From IMG/VR virus record IMGVR_UViG_2706794698_000018: DNA of 4,109 bases; one strand, written 5' to 3'. The DNA is from a virus. Taxonomy: Duplodnaviria; Heunggongvirae; Uroviricota; Caudoviricetes. Under the pieces are notes generated by a model. The model made no database searches and was not told the DNA's origin. It saw only the letters and a program-made list of their open reading frames with translations. Positions 1 through 4,109 of the stretch are shown piece by piece. Made by a program: the position numbers and the translations under genes. Each line of letters opens with the position of its first letter. The stretch's first letter is position 1.

Positions 1-82
1 CAAAGTCATCGGGCATTATCTGAACATAAAACACTATCAATAAGTTGGAGTCATTACCTTCCGAGCCATAATCGAAAAGGCG

Positions 83-104
83 CGGATGTCTATTAAGGCA
101 TCCG
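83..104 (-). terminator. Candidate stem-loop; possible weak rho-independent terminator for the nanCMS transcript, or a REP-like palindrome
   Basis: CGGATG (83-88) pairs with CATCCG (99-104), with CT/AG pairing possible further in. On the minus-strand RNA the hairpin is followed by CGCCUUUUCGAU, a short U-tract. Stem is short and the U-tract weak; it lies about 185 bp past the nanS stop. Confidence 0.25.
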
Positions 105-289
105 GCTAATCTGTAAGCAATAACAACGGTTTATGCGGTGCGCGTTTTTCACCCTTGTGCCAGATTATTATATTGGCAATTGCCTGCTGTTCGAGCCCGC
201 AAGTGAAGAGATATTACCTTGATCTTATTTGTTTTTTGTTGTCTACTCTGAGAACGAACAAGGACATCCCCCATGAATAAACTCCCCGC

Positions 290-1270
290 TCACCTTTCGC
301 GCCAAAACTGCAAAATTGCTTCTACAAATCTGTCAGAAATAATCCCCCGACGGGCTGCCGTGCTGAAATGACTGCTTCGCAGTGCCGTCGTCCAGTTCTC
401 CGGTGACCGGTACGCTGAACCGTAATATCCCGTGCTTAAATCGTCCGGGTCTTCATCAGGCGCGTTCGTCAGTCCTCTTTCACCTTGTTGCTGGAAGTCG
501 ACGAAAATAATATTGGCTAAAACATTATTTTGATAATTGCCATAAATAGCTTCATACGAATGCGGGAAATTTTCTTTCCAGTACCAGGTGGTATCGCCGC
601 AAAACCATGGCGCGTCAGTAATATTATTAAGCTGAGAATGGTATTGTTTTAGATCCCTACGAAAGGCTTCAACCATATGATTAAAGTGTTGAGGGTGTGA
701 CGCGTAGTCACTGGTCATTAAGTCAAATTCGCCTTGCATCCAGCATACGCCGAGGAATTTGTTCTGCGGATTTTTTGCCAGTGCGGCTCGCGTTCTGCTG
801 ACTAAATCCTGGTACAGCGGAGTATCCGTTCCCCAACGACAAGCATCATGGCTGGCTCCGTGCCGTTCTGAATATGTCCCTTCGCTGCCCGCGGTAAAAG
901 CCGATCCGCCACGGCAACACGGAACGATAAGAATCCCTGCATTATTAGGAATGAAGGGCAGTAATTTCCGTGCAATATGCAGTGCCTGGCCAACGGTGCC
1001 GTACTGTGTTTGATGATTCGTTGCCAGAGGATGGTGATAACCCTGCATATCCTGAACATCGTGTGGGCAGTGAGTCAGTGGAATAATGTCGTTAAAGTGA
1101 CATGGCGGGCCTCCGGGATGCGTATGCGCAAATCTCGCTAATTGTTTAATTCTGGAATGAGGCGCATCTTCCCTGTCCGGTAATGGCAGTCCTTCGCCAT
1201 ACGCCATGGCATTAGACTGACCAGCAACGGTAAGAACATAGTAATAATCGGGCGATATTATTGCGTTCAT
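290..1270 (-). CDS. nanS: N-acetyl-9-O-acetylneuraminate (sialate) O-acetylesterase, SGNH-hydrolase / SASA-domain family
   Basis: Uninterrupted 326-aa ORF, ATG at 1270-1268 and TGA at 292-290. N-terminal GQSN block puts a serine at residue 19, and a histidine sits at residue 301 (..RSSHFS..), matching the Ser/His catalytic arrangement I recall for NanS/YjhS. N-terminus MNAIISPDYYYVLTVAGQSNAMAYGEG and the length agree with my recollection of E. coli NanS. Sits immediately downstream of nanM as in nanCMS. No strong Shine-Dalgarno upstream. Confidence 0.9.
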   Translation of the reverse strand: MNAIISPDYYYVLTVAGQSNAMAYGEGLPLPDREDAPHSRIKQLARFAHTHPGGPPCHFNDIIPLTHCPHDVQDMQGYHHPLATNHQTQYGTVGQALHIARKLLPFIPNNAGILIVPCCRGGSAFTAGSEGTYSERHGASHDACRWGTDTPLYQDLVSRTRAALAKNPQNKFLGVCWMQGEFDLMTSDYASHPQHFNHMVEAFRRDLKQYHSQLNNITDAPWFCGDTTWYWKENFPHSYEAIYGNYQNNVLANIIFVDFQQQGERGLTNAPDEDPDDLSTGYYGSAYRSPENWTTALRSSHFSTAARRGIISDRFVEAILQFWRER

Positions 1271-1291
1271 ATAATTTTCGCGTAATACAAA

Positions 1292-1555
1292 NNNNNNNNN
1301 NNNNNNNNNNNNNNNNNNNNNNNNNNNNNNNNNNNNNNNNNNNNNNNNNNNNNNNNNNNNNNNNNNNNNNNNNNNNNNNNNNNNNNNNNNNNNNNNNNNN
1401 NNNNNNNNNNNNNNNNNNNNNNNNNNNNNNNNNNNNNNNNNNNNNNNNNNNNNNNNNNNNNNNNNNNNNNNNNNNNNNNNNNNNNNNNNNNNNNNNNNNN
1501 NNNNNNNNNNNNNNNNNNNNNNNNNNNNNNNNNNNNNNNNNNNNNNNNNNNNNNN
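1292..1555. other. Run of N (264 nt), unresolved or masked sequence
   Basis: Literal n characters. Must contain the 3' end of nanM and the nanM-nanS spacer. Confidence 1.
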
Positions 1556-2620
1556 GATTTTTTCAGGCCTTCATGCGCATAGTTCTTACCGTTCTGGTAA
1601 TTTTCTCGTGAACCTTTGAATCCGGCCCCTCCGGCAAATATAAGAGAATCANNNNNNNNNNNNNNNNNNNNNNNNNNNNNNNNNNNNNNNNNNNNNNNNN
1701 NNNNNNNNNNNNNNNNNNNNNNNNNNNNNNNNNNNNNNNNNNNNNNNNNNNNNNNNNNNNNNNNNNNNNNNNNNNNNNNNNNNNNNNNNNNNNNNNNNNN
1801 NNNNNNNNNNNNNNNNNNNNNNNNNNNNNNNNNNNNNNNNNNNNNNNNNNNNNNNNNNNNNNNNNNNNNNNNNNNNNNNNNNNNNNNNNNNNNNNNNNNN
1901 NNNNNNNNNNNNNNNNNNNNNNNNNNNNNNNNNNNGCATCCGTTCGCAATCCTGGTTTGGCTTCGCCATTAATAAGCCAGGTTTTATCACCTTTATTCAC
2001 AACCGCCGCACCAGCCGTTCCGTACCAGGGCGATTCGCCAGCGTAACTCCATTGCTGTGTTGAGGGATCAAAAGACAACAGAAACTTATTGAAGAAATAA
2101 TCTTCTGNNNNNNNNNNNNNNNNNNNNNNNNNNNNNNNNNNNNNNNNNNNNNNNNNNNNNNNNNNNNNNNNNNNNNNNNNNNNNNNNNNNNNNNNNNNNN
2201 NNNNNNNNNNNNNNNNNNNNNNNNNNNNNNNNNNNNNNNNNNNNNNNNNNNNNNNNNNNNNNNNNNNNNNNNNNNNNNNNNNNNNNNNNNNNNNNNNNNN
2301 NNNNNNNNNNNNNNNNNNNNNNNNNNNNNNNNNNNNNNNNNNNNNNCGCCAAACACATATAGATTGCCATCAATAAATGCAGAGGTTGCTTGATCTCTCG
2401 GTCCACCAGGGAATGCAGCTAACGCAGTCCATTTTTTATCTTTGGCCTGTGTATCTAGCTTGTACCATGCTGTACCTGCGCTACCTAAACCAATGTAGAC
2501 AGTGTCGTTATCAATTGCTCCGGTACCACTTTTAAATGGCACAGGAGTTTCCGGTAATACAGACGCGTTTGCGGCAAATGAAGCCATCATGATAGCAAGC
2601 GCCATTATAGTTTTATTCAT
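1292..2620 (-). CDS. nanM: N-acetylneuraminate mutarotase (periplasmic Kelch-repeat beta-propeller); interrupted by two N-runs, 3' end lost in a third
   Basis: ATG at 2620-2618 preceded by AGGAG. N-terminal segment (2347-2620) reads MNKTIMALAIMMASFAANA|SVLPETPVPFKSGTGAIDNDTVYIGLGSAGTAWYKLDTQAKDKKWTALAAFPGGPRDQATSAFIDGNLYVFG, a signal peptide followed by Kelch-like strands. Segment 1936-2107 reads EDYFFNKFLLSFDPSTQQWSYAGESPWYGTAGAAVVNKGDKTWLINGEAKPGLRTD. Segment 1556-1651 reads DSLIFAGGAGFKGSRENYQNGKNYAHEGLKK with no stop. All three agree with my recollection of E. coli NanM/YjhT (about 368 aa). The three segments are in three different frames (see findings). The stop codon is not visible; visible coding ends at 1556 and 1292 is only the edge of the gap, not a mapped stop. 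Confidence 0.85.
1652..1935. other. Run of N (284 nt), unresolved or masked sequence
   Basis: Literal n characters, internal to nanM. Confidence 1.
2108..2346. other. Run of N (239 nt), unresolved or masked sequence
   Basis: Literal n characters, internal to nanM. Confidence 1.
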
Positions 2621-2629
2621 TGTGACTGT

Positions 2630-2634
2630 CTCCT
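2630..2634 (-). promoter_or_regulatory. Shine-Dalgarno (AGGAG) for nanM
   Basis: Minus-strand sequence upstream of the nanM ATG is GTAGACAGGAGACAGTCACA-ATG, with AGGAG 9 nt before the start. It lies in the 19-bp nanC-nanM spacer, consistent with co-transcription. Confidence 0.6.
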
Positions 2635-2639
2635 GTCTA

Positions 2640-3285
2640 CTACAGTTTAAATGACANNNNNNNNNNNNNNNNNNNNNNNNNNNNNNNNNNNNNNNNNNNN
2701 NNNNNNNNNNNNNNNNNNNNNNNNNNNNNNNNNNNNNNNNNNNNNNNNNNNNNNNNNNNNNNNNNNNNNNNNNNNNNNNNNNNNNNNNNNNNNNNNNNNN
2801 NNNNNNNNNNNNNNNNNNNNNNNNNNNNNNNNNTGAACGTTATCACGAGACATATCACCGGATAAGTCTTGTTGTCGGTAAGCTTTCCAGTCGTAACGAT
2901 AGCGAATGCCAAAATTAAGATCTTTTGTCGCGTCCCAGGACAGTTTTACGTAGGGTCCGTAGCGTGTGCCGTTGCTGCTAAAATGCGTTAACATTCCCGG
3001 GCGCACCGTCCATTGATCATCAAGTTTAATCGCGTAATTAACTTCAACCTGAACATCATTGAGTGCGGCATTTTCCTTTTTATTATCATGAATGGTATTC
3101 CAGGTATTACTTTCCATGCTTGCCCACCATCCATTTTGCCATCCCTCACTGACTTTGAGTCGAGTCTCATAGGCATGGCTTCCGCTACGATATCCACCAC
3201 GTACGTCCAGTGTCGCAGCCTGAGAAATTAATGGTGACGAAAAGCACAGTAATAATACGCCAGAAAGTATTTTAGCCTTTTTCAT
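2640..3285 (-). CDS. nanC: N-acetylneuraminic acid-inducible outer membrane channel (KdgM-family porin); interrupted by an N-run
   Basis: ATG at 3285-3283 chosen over the track's GTG at 3294 because it gives MKKAKILSGVLLLCFSSPLISQA|ATLDV, a 23-aa signal peptide with an AxA-type cleavage site. Mature sequence ATLDVRGGYRSGSHAYETRLKVSEGWQNGWWASMESNTWNTIHDNKKENAALNDVQVEVNYAIKLDDQWTVRPGMLTHFSSNGTRYGPYVKLSWDATKDLNFGIRYRYDWKAYRQQDLSGDMSRDNV matches my recollection of E. coli NanC/YjhA. After the gap the other frame reads ..SFKL then TAG at 2642-2640, the expected C-terminus. The weak upstream SD-like element is GAGTGA. Confidence 0.85.
2657..2833. other. Run of N (177 nt), unresolved or masked sequence
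   Basis: Literal n characters, internal to nanC. Confidence 1.
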
Positions 3286-3699
3286 AAATTTCACTCATTT
3301 GTAGGATACAGAAAGCAATACAAAGCCCGCATAAACAATTAGCATTTATGTTGTGTAATATTTTTTGCCAGGCTTATAGTGTCTTTGGCAACGGGTAGCT
3401 TATTTTATATTTTTGTATAAGGTCTCCTGTGAAAATTCTCTTTCCACATTATTTAAATAAACAGAGAATCAGATTAAATACCTGAGTATAAAATCTCTTC
3501 TGATGTTTAATTGATTTGAATGTTCGTAAGCTATATCACTTACTCAATCCATTTTACCCAGAGTCATAAAATAGAGTGTCTGTTGATCTCATTTTCATAT
3601 TCCTTTCAGACTGAAGTGCGTTTTCATCACCCGATGAGAAAGAACTGAAGTGATGTTTGCCATAGATTGCGAGATGCCCTGTCTCATTGACTATCGCGG

Positions 3700-3722
3700 T
3701 GCACCTTTATACCTGTTATACC
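3700..3722 (-). promoter_or_regulatory. NanR-type operator: GGTATA-ACA-GGTATA-AA-GGTGCA (two perfect and one degenerate hexamer repeat)
   Basis: Plus strand has TATACC at 3708-3713 and 3717-3722 and TGCACC at 3700-3705. Read on the minus strand this is GGTATAACAGGTATAAAGGTGCA, the same repeat spacing (9 and 8 bp) as the GGTATA-repeat operator bound by the sialic acid repressor NanR at nanA; only the third repeat differs. Located about 415 bp upstream of the nanC ATG. Confidence 0.6.
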
Positions 3723-3759
3723 AGATCAAAAATCACGCAAGCCATACAACAAAACGAGA

Positions 3760-4009
3760 NNNNNNNNNNNNNNNNNNNNNNNNNNNNNNNNNNNNNNNNN
3801 NNNNNNNNNNNNNNNNNNNNNNNNNNNNNNNNNNNNNNNNNNNNNNNNNNNNNNNNNNNNNNNNNNNNNNNNNNNNNNNNNNNNNNNNNNNNNNNNNNNN
3901 NNNNNNNNNNNNNNNNNNNNNNNNNNNNNNNNNNNNNNNNNNNNNNNNNNNNNNNNNNNNNNNNNNNNNNNNNNNNNNNNNNNNNNNNNNNNNNNNNNNN
4001 NNNNNNNNN
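3760..4009. other. Run of N (250 nt), unresolved or masked sequence
   Basis: Literal n characters, in the regulatory region upstream of nanC. Confidence 1.
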
Positions 4010-4109
4010 TGATTTGTGGCTTGTAACTGGTCGCTTCTGAAGTCGATCTAAATAGCTGCGCGGAATAGTAGATCACTTTGAGGGAACTTAGCCCGGATTG
4101 TGCGATCTG

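Noticed and set aside
146-174. Possible plus-strand sigma70 promoter (TTTTCA, 17 bp, TATATT) pointing antisense into nanS
   Set aside because: Weak -35; AT-rich intergenic DNA gives such matches by chance, and there is no downstream ORF or other support.
759-1059. ORFs 759-1013 (+, 84 aa) and 802-1059 (-, 85 aa) from the track
   Set aside because: Both lie entirely inside nanS in alternative frames or antisense, are low-complexity, and have no start context; typical shadow ORFs of a real gene.
1267-1291. Possible nanM stop overlapping the nanS start (ATGA) implying translational coupling
   Set aside because: Only one of three frames gives this, the nanM frame entering this segment is unknown because of the 1292-1555 gap, and my recollection is of a short spacer rather than an overlap; it cannot be decided from this sequence.
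1261-2078. Track ORFs 1261-1611 (+), 1616-1972 (+), 1649-1990 (-), and the ILLYLPEGPDSKVHEKITRTVRTMRMKA tail of ORF 1563-2078 (-)
   Set aside because: They consist mostly of X from N-runs. The tail of 1563-2078 is the wrong frame; the true nanM frame in 1556-1651 reads DSLIFAGGAGFKGSRENYQNGKNYAHEGLKK with no stop.
1997-2406. Tail QKIISSISFCCLLIPQHSNGVTLANRPGTERLVRRL of ORF 1997-2620 and ORF 2086-2406
   Set aside because: Frame artefacts produced by reading through the 2108-2346 N-run. The real nanM frame on the far side is the one giving EDYFFNKFLLSFDPSTQQW.
2988-3231. ORFs 2988-3200 (-) and 3013-3231 (+)
   Set aside because: Embedded in nanC in alternative frames or antisense; no independent support.
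3283-3294. GTG start at 3294 giving MKFMKKAK for nanC
   Set aside because: The ATG at 3285 yields a canonical 23-aa signal peptide and matches the NanC N-terminus I recall; the extra three residues have no support.
3428-3448. CRP-like half-sites TGTGA ... CCACA
   Set aside because: Spacer is 11 nt, not the 6 nt required by the CRP consensus, and the second half-site is imperfect.
3650-4076. ORFs 3650-4012 (+), 3687-4040 (+) and 3726-4076 (-)
   Set aside because: Almost entirely X across the 3760-4009 N-run, and their visible parts overlap the NanR operator region; not evidence of a gene.
1-4109. CRISPR arrays, tRNA or rRNA genes, IS elements or terminal inverted repeats, integrase or toxin-antitoxin-like ORFs
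   Set aside because: None seen in the visible sequence on either strand: no spacer-repeat periodicity, no tRNA-like cloverleaf sequence, no transposase-like translation. The 1214 masked nt cannot be assessed.

Overview
This window is the Escherichia-type sialic acid accessory locus nanC-nanM-nanS (the nanCMS operon), all three genes on the minus strand. nanS (290-1270) is intact. nanM (start 2620) and nanC (2640-3285) are recognisable but broken by runs of N. Right of nanC (3295-4109) is an AT-rich upstream regulatory region carrying a NanR-type GGTATA-repeat operator (3700-3722) directly beside a Dam GATC site (3724-3727). Left of nanS (1-289) is non-coding, with a small stem-loop and a 10-bp palindrome. 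Five N-runs total 1214 nt (about 30% of the window); anything inside them is invisible to me. Reading frames of nanM and nanC change across every internal N-run, so the gap lengths are not codon-faithful and most ORFs in the supplied track that cross N are artefacts. In the visible sequence I find no evidence of a novel or undescribed system: the content is a well-characterised sialic acid porin / mutarotase / esterase operon with its known style of NanR regulation. All identifications rest on reading the translations and on recalled knowledge of these families; no database search was run.
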